From contig CAZWXQ010000002.1 in NCBI GenBank assembly GCA_964637955.1, forward strand, positions 7,782 through 71,781: 64,000 bases of DNA, given 5' to 3'. Under the pieces are notes generated by a model that did no database searches, was not told the DNA's origin, and saw nothing but the letters and a program-made list of their open reading frames with translations. Each line of letters opens with the position of its first letter. The first letter of the stretch is position 1. Made by a program: the position numbers and the translations under genes. Shown piece by piece: positions 55,075-64,000 of the stretch. The DNA comes from an uncultured Gammaproteobacteria bacterium (lineage in GTDB: Bacteria; Patescibacteriota; Microgenomatia; Levybacterales; UBA12049).

Positions 55075-56505
55075 ATGGTTTTTTACTTAAAATATCGCCC
55101 CAAGAAAATTTCGGATCTAGATAGTAAAGCTTTACAGGAAAAGCTTGAGAATGTACTTAAAGGAAAGCTTCCTGATAATATTCCACATGCTTTTTTATTC
55201 ACTGGACCAAAAGGTCTTGGGAAAACTTCCACAGCGAGAATAGTATCAAAGGTTATTAACTGCACAAATCGAAAAGCCAACGAATTTGAACCGTGCAATA
55301 AGTGTGATTCATGTAAGGCAATTGATGCTGGCGCTAGTCTTGATGTGCTTGAGATAGACGGCGCAAGCAACAGAGGAATTGATGAAATAAGGGATTTGCG
55401 TGAAAAAATTCGACTTGCGCCAGTTAATTCCAAAAAGAAGATTTATATAATTGATGAGGTGCATATGCTTACGACTGAAGCTTTTAATGCTCTTCTTAAG
55501 ACTCTTGAAGAGCCGCCAAGTCACGCAATTTTTATTCTATGTACTACAGAATCACAAAAGATTCCAGAAACCATAGCTTCCAGATGTTTTAATGTGAGAT
55601 TCACAAGGGCAACTGATGATGACTTGGTCCATTCATTTAAAAGAATTTTAAAAGGCGAAGATATAGAAGCTGATGATGGCGCTCTTTTGCAAATTGCTCA
55701 GATGTCTGATGGAAGCTTCAGGGACGGCGCAAAAATTCTTGAGGAAATTTCACTTAATGAGACTCAGATTGATATAAAAACTCTTGAGGATAAATATAAT
55801 TTTCAAACGATAAATAAAAGTCTTACAGATTTGATTGAAAGCTTAAGAAATAAAGATTCTAAGAAGGGAATTGAGATAGTTTCAAATTTAGCAAAAGAAA
55901 ATACTGATTTTAAAATTTTTACAGAAAGCTTAATTGATAAATTACATAAAGAATTGATTTCTCAAGCTGAAGGTGGATCTAGCGAAGTTACTCAAACTCG
56001 AAATTTGATAACTATGCTTGTAAAAAGTCATGTCAGCATAAAATATGCAATTCTTCCTCAACTACCTTTGGAATTAACAATAGTTGAGTGGTGTAGTCAG
56101 GACGAAATCTCAAATCTAAGATCCCAAATCTCAAATATTGAAGAAACGAAAGAAATCTCAAAACCCAAAACCCAAATCCCAAATATTGAAGCAGCAAAAA
56201 AAGATGAAAAGGTAGACTATGGGGAATTTGAAAAGCCACAAAAAAACTCGGGCAAAAAAGCCGGCGGATCTGATAATATATTAGAAAGCATAATAGAGAG
56301 AGTTAAGAAGGACAATTTTTCAGTCGCTGGTGTGCTAAGGGGATGCTCAGTTGAGAAATTTGATGAAAAGACGCTAGTTCTTTCTACGGGATTTGCTTTT
56401 CATAAAGAAAAATTAAGCGATAAAAAAATTATAGAAATGCTTGAGAAGAATTTGAAAGAAATTACAGGAAAGAATATAAAGGTAGAGATTGATTTGTCCC
56501 AATAG
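55075..56505 (+). CDS. dnaX: DNA polymerase III subunit gamma/tau; C-terminus apparently remodelled by insertion
   Basis: LFTGPKGLGKTS Walker A, IYIIDEVHMLT, CNKCDSC zinc module; stop TAG lies within inserted hairpin. Confidence 0.85.
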   Translation: MVFYLKYRPKKISDLDSKALQEKLENVLKGKLPDNIPHAFLFTGPKGLGKTSTARIVSKVINCTNRKANEFEPCNKCDSCKAIDAGASLDVLEIDGASNRGIDEIRDLREKIRLAPVNSKKKIYIIDEVHMLTTEAFNALLKTLEEPPSHAIFILCTTESQKIPETIASRCFNVRFTRATDDDLVHSFKRILKGEDIEADDGALLQIAQMSDGSFRDGAKILEEISLNETQIDIKTLEDKYNFQTINKSLTDLIESLRNKDSKKGIEIVSNLAKENTDFKIFTESLIDKLHKELISQAEGGSSEVTQTRNLITMLVKSHVSIKYAILPQLPLELTIVEWCSQDEISNLRSQISNIEETKEISKPKTQIPNIEAAKKDEKVDYGEFEKPQKNSGKKAGGSDNILESIIERVKKDNFSVAGVLRGCSVEKFDEKTLVLSTGFAFHKEKLSDKKIIEMLEKNLKEITGKNIKVEIDLSQ

Positions 56506-56574
56506 CCTCTGGCTTTGGGATAAGTAACTCTAAGCCTCGCACCTGCGGTGTTCGGCAAGAGATTACTAAAAAGA
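56491..56574 (+). mobile_element. ~85-bp hairpin mini-element (B2+A2) inserted at dnaX 3' end, flanked by 29-bp direct repeats (56461-56490 / 56575-56604)
   Basis: ATTACAGGAAAGAATATAAAGGTAGAGATT duplicated with 1 mismatch either side; removing the insertion restores an in-frame ...KVEITLK-TAA ending. Confidence 0.55.
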
Positions 56575-56750
56575 AATTACTGGAAAGAATATAAAGGTAG
56601 AGATTACGTTAAAGTAATATACAAGTAAATTGAATAATTAACTTGTTAAATGCTCACTAGGCAGGTATGCTTGCCAGTGGTGCATATAAGTAAAACTAAA
56701 ACTCATGCCTTTGGCATTCGTTAAGTTTTACATAAGGAGGTGAATGATAA

Positions 56751-57029
56751 ATGAATAATCCATTTGGACAAATTGGGGAACTAAAGAAAATGAGAGACCA
56801 GGCTATGCAAATCCAAAGACTTTTGGATGCAGAAGAAATGACTGTGGAGAAGCATGGTGTTGAAATCTTGATTACTGGAAGTCAGAAGATTAAAGACATA
56901 AAGACTAATGGTAGAAGCGATAGAGATATAATGGAAGCTGTAAACGAAGCTATTAAAAAGTCTCAAGAAATGGCAGCTAAAAAGCTTGCTTCGCAACAAG
57001 GTGGACTCGGAGGCTTACTAGGTCAGTAA
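56751..57029 (+). CDS. ybaB: nucleoid-associated protein YbaB/EbfC
   Basis: 92 aa, conserved dnaX-ybaB-recR context, strong SD TAAGGAGGTG 8 nt upstream. Confidence 0.8.
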   Translation: MNNPFGQIGELKKMRDQAMQIQRLLDAEEMTVEKHGVEILITGSQKIKDIKTNGRSDRDIMEAVNEAIKKSQEMAAKKLASQQGGLGGLLGQ

Positions 57030-57034
57030 ATTAA

Positions 57035-57934
57035 ATGTTAATTTTTTCCGGAGGATCAAATAAAAAACTAGCTGAAGCTGTTGTGAAAGAGCTTGGCTTA
57101 GAATTGGGAAAGCTTGAAATAATTACTTTCCCTGATAATGAAAATAGAGTTAGAGTTCTGGATAAAGTTCTAGGCGAGGATGTGGTTGTAGTTCAGTCGA
57201 CCGGAATATCTCCAAATCTTTATTACATGGAGCTATTTTTTATCCTCGATTCTCTAAAAAGGAGTGGGGCGAAAACAGTTACTCTTGTGATTCCGTATCT
57301 AGGTTATCAAAGACAAGATCATATTTTCCGTCATGGCGAATCAGTTTCACTTGAGGTGATAATAAAGCTTCTTGAGAGCTTGGGAATTACCAAAGTGATA
57401 TCATTTGATTTTCACTCAATTAAAATTCCGGTTTTATTTAATACTCCAGTTAAGCATCTGACTGCGCTTGAAATCTTTGCTGATAAAATAAATAAAGAAA
57501 CTAAAGATGATTTAGTTTTGGTTTCTCCTGACATGGGAGGGATTGCTAGGATTAAAAAACTCTCAGAGCTTACGAATGGGCTTCCATTTATCTCAATTGA
57601 GAAAAATAGAGATTTGGATACTGGGGTAATAGAATCTGCAAAAATAAATGGGGAAATTAAAAAGCGGGCAATTATTGTGGACGATGTGGTTTCAACTGGG
57701 AGAACTCTAATCGCAGCCTGCGACTTACTTATGAATAATGGAGTAAAAGAAGTTACAGTTATGGCAACACACGCTATTTTTGCAAAAACAGCACCGCTTG
57801 AATTATCAAGATCAGCTATTAAAACTGTTACAGTAACTGATACTCTCAGACTTCCCAAAAATAGAACATTTGAAAAACTTGAGGTGTTATCAGTCGCAAA
57901 GATGATAGCTAAAGAATTAAGAGAAAATTTTTAA
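57035..57934 (+). CDS. prs: ribose-phosphate pyrophosphokinase
   Basis: IIVDDVVSTGRT PRPP-binding motif, LVSPDMGG. Confidence 0.85.
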   Translation: MLIFSGGSNKKLAEAVVKELGLELGKLEIITFPDNENRVRVLDKVLGEDVVVVQSTGISPNLYYMELFFILDSLKRSGAKTVTLVIPYLGYQRQDHIFRHGESVSLEVIIKLLESLGITKVISFDFHSIKIPVLFNTPVKHLTALEIFADKINKETKDDLVLVSPDMGGIARIKKLSELTNGLPFISIEKNRDLDTGVIESAKINGEIKKRAIIVDDVVSTGRTLIAACDLLMNNGVKEVTVMATHAIFAKTAPLELSRSAIKTVTVTDTLRLPKNRTFEKLEVLSVAKMIAKELRENF

Positions 57935-57935
57935 T

Positions 57936-57990
57936 TTTTCCCGCTGATAGTTTTCAGTCGGGATTCCGCTTAAGCGGTGACATTGAATTT
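57936..57990 (-). repeat. double-hairpin repeat element copy 3 (reverse orientation)
   Basis: Reverse complement CAATGTCACCGCTTAAGCGGAATCCCGACTGAAAACTATCAGCGGGAAAAATTAAAAATT matches copy 1 almost base-for-base. Confidence 0.6.
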
Positions 57991-58069
57991 TCAATTACTT
58001 AATGTTTATAAATTAAAACATTGGAGCTTCATTAAAAGTTTAAAATTTTAAATTGAAAATTACATATTC

Positions 58070-58672
58070 ATGAAGATACCTAAAGCTATTCAAGCTACCA
58101 TCGAATCGTTTGAAAAATTGCCGGGGGTTGGTCCAAAAACCGCCCAGAGGCTTACTTTTTATTTGCTTCACGTTCCTCAATACGAACTGGATAAATTTGC
58201 TAAAAATCTGACCGATCTTAAAACAGCTACTGTGATTTGTTCAAATTGTTTTATAGTGGGCGAGAGTGATCCTTGTGAGATTTGTACTGACTCTAATCGT
58301 GATCAGGGAGTGATTTGTGTCGTTGAGGATCCGCTGGATGTTTTGGCTTTTGAGCGAGGGGGAAGATATAAAGGAGCATATCATGTCCTGCATGGCAGGA
58401 TTGACCCACTAAATAACATAGGGCCTGATGAAATTTTTATAAAACAGTTACTTGATAGGATTTCAGAAAATGAAATTACTGAAGTAATTCTCGCGACAAA
58501 TCCTACCATGGAGGGGGAAGCGACAGCGATGTACATCACGAAAGAATTAAAGAGAATGAACGATGAGTTGAAAATAACAAGGATAGGACGCGGACTTCCT
58601 ATCGGAGCAGACATAGAATATGCTGATGAAATTACTCTCCAAAGAGCTATGGAAGGAAGAAGCGAGATCTAG
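58070..58672 (+). CDS. recR: recombination protein RecR
   Basis: HhH LPGVGPKTAQRL, C4 zinc finger CSNC...CEIC, Toprim. Confidence 0.9.
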   Translation: MKIPKAIQATIESFEKLPGVGPKTAQRLTFYLLHVPQYELDKFAKNLTDLKTATVICSNCFIVGESDPCEICTDSNRDQGVICVVEDPLDVLAFERGGRYKGAYHVLHGRIDPLNNIGPDEIFIKQLLDRISENEITEVILATNPTMEGEATAMYITKELKRMNDELKITRIGRGLPIGADIEYADEITLQRAMEGRSEI

Positions 58673-58788
58673 CGATATTTAGCATTTACTATATATCAGT
58701 TATCATTTTTTAGATAAATTTTCGCGCGTAATTTTAAATGGTAAATAATAAATGGTAACTTTTTCTGGTAATCTGATATTCTAGTAGT

Positions 58789-59409
58789 ATGAGTAGAAAC
58801 AGAGTAATTGGTGGTTTTGAAGATGCTTTTGAGAGTGGTTCAAGTTCCGTAGCTACTGCTGTTAAACAGACCGCAAAAGACTTTACAGCATCTGCAAAAG
58901 GTCAAATTACAGGGGGATCGACAGCTTCTTCTCCTGTTTCGCAAAGTCAGCCAAAGCAAGGGGGGGGTTACGGAACAAATGAGCATTCTGCACAGCAGAA
59001 CTCGCAAAGTGCAAATCAATTGGCTAGTCCGAAGTCTGATGAGGAAAGAGAAAAGTTTTTAAGAGATTTGTATGGGGGTGGAGGGCATTCCGAGAAATCA
59101 AATAGCTCACATTCAGACTCTGGTAAAACCGGATTGGTAAAAGGGGCATTGGGGATAGATTCAAATAAGGGTTTGAGTCCTGAAGATGAGGCTAGAAAAA
59201 GTGCGGCTTGGGCAAGATTTCATAATGAAGAATATTATCAGCCGCTAATAAATAGACAAAAGCCTAAAGAGGAGCCAGTGACTGAGAAACTGGAGCGCGA
59301 AAATCAAATGGAAGCAATTGCTGAGCAGAAAAAACAGGATAAAAAGCCAGGCCCACTTTCACAAGTAAAACAAGGAACAGGGGAAAGTGTTGTAGGGGTT
59401 AGTGGATAA
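58789..59409 (+). CDS. hypothetical low-complexity (Gly/Ser/Gln-rich) protein
   Basis: ORF track only. Confidence 0.35.
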   Translation: MSRNRVIGGFEDAFESGSSSVATAVKQTAKDFTASAKGQITGGSTASSPVSQSQPKQGGGYGTNEHSAQQNSQSANQLASPKSDEEREKFLRDLYGGGGHSEKSNSSHSDSGKTGLVKGALGIDSNKGLSPEDEARKSAAWARFHNEEYYQPLINRQKPKEEPVTEKLERENQMEAIAEQKKQDKKPGPLSQVKQGTGESVVGVSG

Positions 59410-59428
59410 TAAAATTAGCACCCTATAG

Positions 59429-60013
59429 TTGATAAATAGCCTCAAATGTGCTAGAATTCACATTCATATGAGCGAAACATATAGAAAAATTCCTGAGTCC
59501 GTTAGAGGGATCTCATTAAAAGATAAACTTGAAATGCGAAGATACAGGCCTGTAATGCAGGCTGCTGATGAAGCATGGGAAAGAATCGGGCCTTTAGTTC
59601 CAACCTGGAATAAGCCAGCTTCACCAGAGCATGATATTGTGCCTCCACAAGGACTTGAAGGATTCCATAAATTAGTTTGGGGACCTGATAATTATCATTT
59701 GGTGCATCAATTAGTCAGTGGTGGGCGATTGGCATCAACTACAATTAAGAGATTTGGGGAAAAACTTGAAATCGTAGATTCAGCTGATGTTAATGGGGTA
59801 CATACATATACAGAATTAGTATTTAACGGAAAACAGTATAGAGGGGGATATTCATGGTTAAACAGAGAGATTGTTAAGGCGCCAGATAGTGCAGTTCTTA
59901 GTAGAATTATTACAACTTTTACTCCATGGAAAGAGCCAAGTGAGCATGTGATTGCAAAAGGGATGATAGGACAAGTTACTATTCCAATGCCTTCAAAAAA
60001 CCGCAGTTTTTAA
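59429..60013 (+). CDS. hypothetical protein
   Basis: ORF track only; start may be Met at MSETYRK (59468). Confidence 0.35.
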   Translation: MINSLKCARIHIHMSETYRKIPESVRGISLKDKLEMRRYRPVMQAADEAWERIGPLVPTWNKPASPEHDIVPPQGLEGFHKLVWGPDNYHLVHQLVSGGRLASTTIKRFGEKLEIVDSADVNGVHTYTELVFNGKQYRGGYSWLNREIVKAPDSAVLSRIITTFTPWKEPSEHVIAKGMIGQVTIPMPSKNRSF

Positions 60014-60079
60014 TTTCTTAAACACAGATTTTTAAAATTATTCAAGCAGTTCGTTTATTTTTGCTGTAAAATAGGGGAG

Positions 60080-61534
60080 ATGAAAATTTATAATACACTT
60101 TCGCATTCTGTTGAAGAAATTTCTCCAATAACTCCAGGAAAGATTGGAATTTACTCATGCGGACCCACAGTTTATGACTATCAGCATATCGGGCATATGA
60201 GGCGATACGTGGGCGATGATATTCTTATCCGAGTTCTTAGGCACAATAATCTTGATGTTCATCATGTTATGAATATAACTGACGTTGGACATCTCGTTTC
60301 TGACGCCGATAGCGGTGAAGACAAGATGGAGAAGGGTGCTAAGAAGTTTGGTCTTTCTGTTTGGGACATCGCAAAGAAATTTGAAGCTCAGTTTACAGAT
60401 TCATGTGCACTCCTAAATATTACTTTGCCAACTGACTTAATGCATGCGACTGATTTTATTCCTGAGCAGATTGATCTAATTAAAAAGCTTGAGGGAAAGG
60501 GATTTACTTATAAAACAACTGATGGAATTTACTTCGATACTTCTAAGTTTGAAAATTACTTTAAACTCTCTCGCCAAAATCCTGAAGAGCTTAAAGCTGG
60601 AGCCAGGGTAGACATGGGAGACAAGAAAAATGTGTCAGATTTTGCTTTATGGAAGTTTAGTTATGAAAATGGAAGATCATTCGACTCCACTCAGGATGAT
60701 TCGGCAACGCGAAGGCAAATGGAGTGGGAAAGTCCTTGGGGAGTTGGGTTTCCTGGCTGGCATATAGAGTGCTCTGCTATGAGCATGAAGGCTCTTGGGG
60801 AATCATTTGATATTCACACTGGAGGAATTGATCACATAAGTATTCACCATACCAACGAAATAGCTCAGGCTGAGGCCGCGACGGATAAGCAGTTTGTAAA
60901 ATATTGGGTTCATCATGCTTTTCTTACTGTGGAAGGAGAAAAAATGAGTAAAAGTATAGGTAATACCTATACCGTAGAAGACGTTAAGGAGAAAGGATTT
61001 GATCCGATGAGTTTACGTTATTTATATCTTCAAACTCATTACAGACAGGAAATGAATTTTACTTGGCAAGCTTTAGAAGCAGCGCAAACTGCATTAAAAA
61101 AGCTCTGGGATGAAGCTCAGGTTTTTGGAGCTTATTCTCAATCAACCCCTGATGACAGAGAACCATCTGATGTTGTAAAGAAAAGATTTGAAGAGTTTGT
61201 TGATTCAATTAATGATGATTTAAATATGCCAAGAGCTTTAGCAGCGCTTCATAGTGGCTTGAAGGAAAAAGAAACAGATTTTGATGTTTTATATTTACTT
61301 GGTAAGACTGATCCAATATTGGGATTAAATTTTATATCGAATGGAAAAAAACTTTGGGAAAATCATGAAGAGAAATTTGGATTACCAAAAGAAGTGAAAG
61401 AGCTTATAAATAAAAGGGAAGAGATGAGAAAAGCAGGAAACTACGGTGAAGCGGATAAGATAAGGAATGAAATTTCAGAATTTGGTTTTACTCTTGAAGA
61501 CTCTCCGACAGGCGTAAAGATCAAGAAAAATTAA
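60080..61534 (+). CDS. cysS: cysteinyl-tRNA synthetase
   Basis: HIGH motif (QHIGHMR), KMSKS, class-I CysRS collinearity; leaderless-type TAAAAT 7 nt upstream. Confidence 0.9.
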   Translation: MKIYNTLSHSVEEISPITPGKIGIYSCGPTVYDYQHIGHMRRYVGDDILIRVLRHNNLDVHHVMNITDVGHLVSDADSGEDKMEKGAKKFGLSVWDIAKKFEAQFTDSCALLNITLPTDLMHATDFIPEQIDLIKKLEGKGFTYKTTDGIYFDTSKFENYFKLSRQNPEELKAGARVDMGDKKNVSDFALWKFSYENGRSFDSTQDDSATRRQMEWESPWGVGFPGWHIECSAMSMKALGESFDIHTGGIDHISIHHTNEIAQAEAATDKQFVKYWVHHAFLTVEGEKMSKSIGNTYTVEDVKEKGFDPMSLRYLYLQTHYRQEMNFTWQALEAAQTALKKLWDEAQVFGAYSQSTPDDREPSDVVKKRFEEFVDSINDDLNMPRALAALHSGLKEKETDFDVLYLLGKTDPILGLNFISNGKKLWENHEEKFGLPKEVKELINKREEMRKAGNYGEADKIRNEISEFGFTLEDSPTGVKIKKN

Positions 61535-61605
61535 TTTTCCCCAGTAAATTTTTTAACCTAAATCTATGGTTGTGATCACGGCTGTATTTTGTTAAAATCC
61601 CGTTC

Positions 61606-64000
61606 ATGTCGCCAGAAATTAGAAATAGTAAGGATCAGGAGCCCAAAGCTACTCAGGTTGAGCAGATACACAGTCAAATAATCTCAGAATTTGAAGATGA
61701 ATTTAGAGTAAAGCCACAAGTTCAATTGGGACTTTTAACTTCCGTTGAAGAGCTCTACATAAAAGAGGCTAAGGGATATTTTTATGAAAGCGATATACGA
61801 GATATAAGAAATGCCGAGTATGATAAACATCTTCAGCATAACTTTGATTATTTGGCTGCTACAAGAGATTTGGAAATTGATTCAGATAGGACAAGACTTA
61901 TTCAAGCGGAAATTGTAGATAAAATGGTGCCAGTTGAAGCAGATATTAAAACGCGTGTCGTAATAATGCGTAAAGGAGAAGGCCCAGAAGTGTTTGCTGC
62001 ACCTGATGGAACAATATTTGTGAGTCAATCAATTCTTAATTTGGTTGATAATTTAGATGAGCTAGCTGCGGTTTTGGGTCATGATATTTCTCATCTTCTT
62101 CTAAAAACCTCTATAAAGATAGCCCAAAAAGAGAGAGAAGAAGAGAGCACTCTTGGTATCTCATGGATGCATGAAGTTTCTTGTGATCAAGTGGCCATAG
62201 CACTTTTAGAAAAAGCTGATTTCAATGCATCAGCTTTTTCTAATGTAATTGAAAAAGTTTCCGAAAGTGGCAGAGATGGAAAAGGAAATAAAGTACAGCA
62301 GTCAGGAACAATGCGAGCTACACAAAGTTTTGCAGGCCTTGGAGTGGTAGATAGAAAAACCAGTTCAAATGAATTTACCCCATTGCCAGATGATTTTAGA
62401 GAGCCTTTTAAGAAAACAAATCTTGAGCTTTTTGAAAGCATTCCAGACTTTCATAGCTTGACACCAGATCATGTAGAGGCTTTTGCGGGAAAATTACATC
62501 CCGAAGATTTGGAGGGAATCTATCAAAAGCTCACTACTAGAAAATTTGATAGAAATAAAAAACAGAGCGTAATGTCAGAAGCAATGCTTACTATGGAAGC
62601 AGAAATAACAAATAGAATTGTGGAGTTAGGATATACAAAAGAGCAGGCTCAATTATTTGAGCTATTTATGAAATATTATCCTTATGATAGGGATACCAAA
62701 GAATTTTACTTTCTAAAAACACCTGCAGATTTTGTAGATTTTTGCGAAGCTTTGCCTGGATTTAATAACAGCGATTTATTTAACAGAATCTATAAAGATG
62801 TATTTAATAAAGAGAGTCTTTGGTTTAATCGCATGAATGATGAAAGAGATGATGTGTTTTCATCATTTGGAGAAAAAAGTTATAAATTTGACGCGGTTGA
62901 ATTTTTCTTTAAAGGAATTGAAAGAGAATTTTATGATATAGATTTGGATCAAGATGGCGAAGGAATTCCAATTGACAGAAAGTCACTGATTGAAGGACTG
63001 CGGAAATTAAGTGAAATTGGAAATTTAGTTTATAACGGATCAGAGGAGACTGAAATAATAATTGCCAGATATGTTTATGATTACTTTTTAAATCTTCCTA
63101 AAAAAGAAAGCAGAGAGATTAATCCCGATGAAATTATGGAATTTCTTGGTGAAGTTAAAGACACAAATGTCTACATAGGTGGATCTCACATCGTTAGATA
63201 TTTGGAGCAAAGTGCTCCTCATGGAGAAGAGCTGAATGAAACAATGCTAGCCTTAATAGCACGAGTAAAAGAATTTTATGGAATAAAACCTCCTAAAGAA
63301 AGAGAAAAAATTAAGTTTGAATTTTCTGATATAGATAAAATTTTTGAGGTTCTTTCGGGAGGAAAAAACGATGGAGATAAGGCTTTTGCTCTAGATAAAT
63401 TTGTTGAATTATTTCTTCATTTTGCCAGGGAGCAGGATTTAGATGTAGAGCAAAGAAAATTATTTGCTGATTATGTACTAAATAAAATTTATGAATTAAA
63501 TTTGGGCACAAATTTCCCAATTTCAGAGTTTTTAAAAGATCCATCAAAATATATTATAAATAGGCTTGATTCTGAAAAATCCGGTGCTGCAAATGTAAAT
63601 TCAGCACACAAATATAAATCAGCTCCTGAGAATAGGGAAATAGATGAGAAATATGTAAAGTTTCACTTAGCCACTTTTTTTTCATCGGTATTTTTCAGAG
63701 AAGACGGAGAAGAATTTTATTCATATCTAAATGATATTTCACAAAGATCAGGAATCGATTTTAGTTCTCTTTCAAAGATCGAGCTTGCCAATTTATGTAG
63801 AAATATATTTTTTATGCAAGATGCAGCTGGAAATTTAGACTCTGATTTCTTTGGAAGTGATGTTGGATTTAAAATTTATAATGGAAATTTTTATTTTAAG
63901 CTTGAGGACTATACCAGGCTTTTTGAAGTGCCTTTTATGAAGGCTTTGGCAGAGTCTGCTTTTGATTTTAGAGCTGATAGTTTTTCAGAATTTATAGATA
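61606..64000 (+). CDS. large protein (>795 aa, 3'-truncated by window end) with N-terminal M48-peptidase-like region carrying HDxxH instead of HExxH
   Basis: Open frame from ATG 61606 to window end (absent from ORF track because no stop); FAAPDGTIFVSQSILNLVDNLDELAAVLGHDISHLL resembles M48 NAFA...ELxAVLxHExxH; HDISH at 62080-62094. Confidence 0.45.
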   Translation, partial: MSPEIRNSKDQEPKATQVEQIHSQIISEFEDEFRVKPQVQLGLLTSVEELYIKEAKGYFYESDIRDIRNAEYDKHLQHNFDYLAATRDLEIDSDRTRLIQAEIVDKMVPVEADIKTRVVIMRKGEGPEVFAAPDGTIFVSQSILNLVDNLDELAAVLGHDISHLLLKTSIKIAQKEREEESTLGISWMHEVSCDQVAIALLEKADFNASAFSNVIEKVSESGRDGKGNKVQQSGTMRATQSFAGLGVVDRKTSSNEFTPLPDDFREPFKKTNLELFESIPDFHSLTPDHVEAFAGKLHPEDLEGIYQKLTTRKFDRNKKQSVMSEAMLTMEAEITNRIVELGYTKEQAQLFELFMKYYPYDRDTKEFYFLKTPADFVDFCEALPGFNNSDLFNRIYKDVFNKESLWFNRMNDERDDVFSSFGEKSYKFDAVEFFFKGIEREFYDIDLDQDGEGIPIDRKSLIEGLRKLSEIGNLVYNGSEETEIIIARYVYDYFLNLPKKESREINPDEIMEFLGEVKDTNVYIGGSHIVRYLEQSAPHGEELNETMLALIARVKEFYGIKPPKEREKIKFEFSDIDKIFEVLSGGKNDGDKAFALDKFVELFLHFAREQDLDVEQRKLFADYVLNKIYELNLGTNFPISEFLKDPSKYIINRLDSEKSGAANVNSAHKYKSAPENREIDEKYVKFHLATFFSSVFFREDGEEFYSYLNDISQRSGIDFSSLSKIELANLCRNIFFMQDAAGNLDSDFFGSDVGFKIYNGNFYFKLEDYTRLFEVPFMKALAESAFDFRADSFSEFID

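Noticed and set aside
56491-56750. SRP RNA (ffs) downstream of dnaX, by analogy with ffs-dnaX linkage in some bacteria
   Set aside because: No domain-IV GGAAG...AGCA-type motif or GNRA apical loop was found. The conserved part is better explained as the repeated mini-element flanked by direct repeats.

Overview
The window is an AT-rich (roughly 35% GC by eye), gene-dense bacterial chromosome segment read in the standard code (TGA is a stop). Several traits point to a small-genome, possibly CPR/Patescibacteria-like organism: a 150-aa EF-Ts, a ProS without the INS editing domain, an IMPDH without CBS domains, many small hypothetical ORFs, and widespread leaderless promoters. Recognisable housekeeping content, in order: purC-purK-purE; dcd, two tandem thymidylate-kinase paralogs, a second Dcd/dUTPase-family gene, thyA, an NDT-like gene, Nudix, HIT and folA; guaB-guaA; glyA; rpsB-tsf-frr (with no pyrH); rseP; msrB; the oxidative pentose-phosphate genes pgl, zwf and gnd; proS; ddl with an adjacent VanX-like M15 dipeptidase; rpsU-ybeY; dnaX-ybaB-prs-recR; and cysS. 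There are two tRNA-type genes: tRNA-Ile(GAT) and a class-II tRNA-like gene with a non-canonical anticodon arm driven by a perfect sigma70-type promoter. No rRNA or CRISPR array was seen. The most notable accessory content is as follows. (1) A minus-strand operon encodes a giant secreted protein with a CARDB domain, a Cys-rich region and a C-terminal dockerin, then a membrane-anchored cohesin protein, then a metzincin (HEVGHSLGLSH) protease with a C-terminal dockerin. Upstream on the plus strand is a second cohesin-like protein ending in an LPPTG sortase-type anchor. (2) Three consecutive hypothetical genes each have their own canonical TTGACW-N17-TATAxT promoter placed 7-8 nt from the ATG, and two of them share an N-terminal PGGGAT motif. 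(3) Three families of small repeated, hairpin-forming elements occur. One is an approximately 85-bp element inserted at the 3' end of dnaX with 29-bp flanking direct repeats. One is a double-hairpin element present three times. The third is a set of hairpin repeats bracketing a small GIY-YIG nuclease gene.
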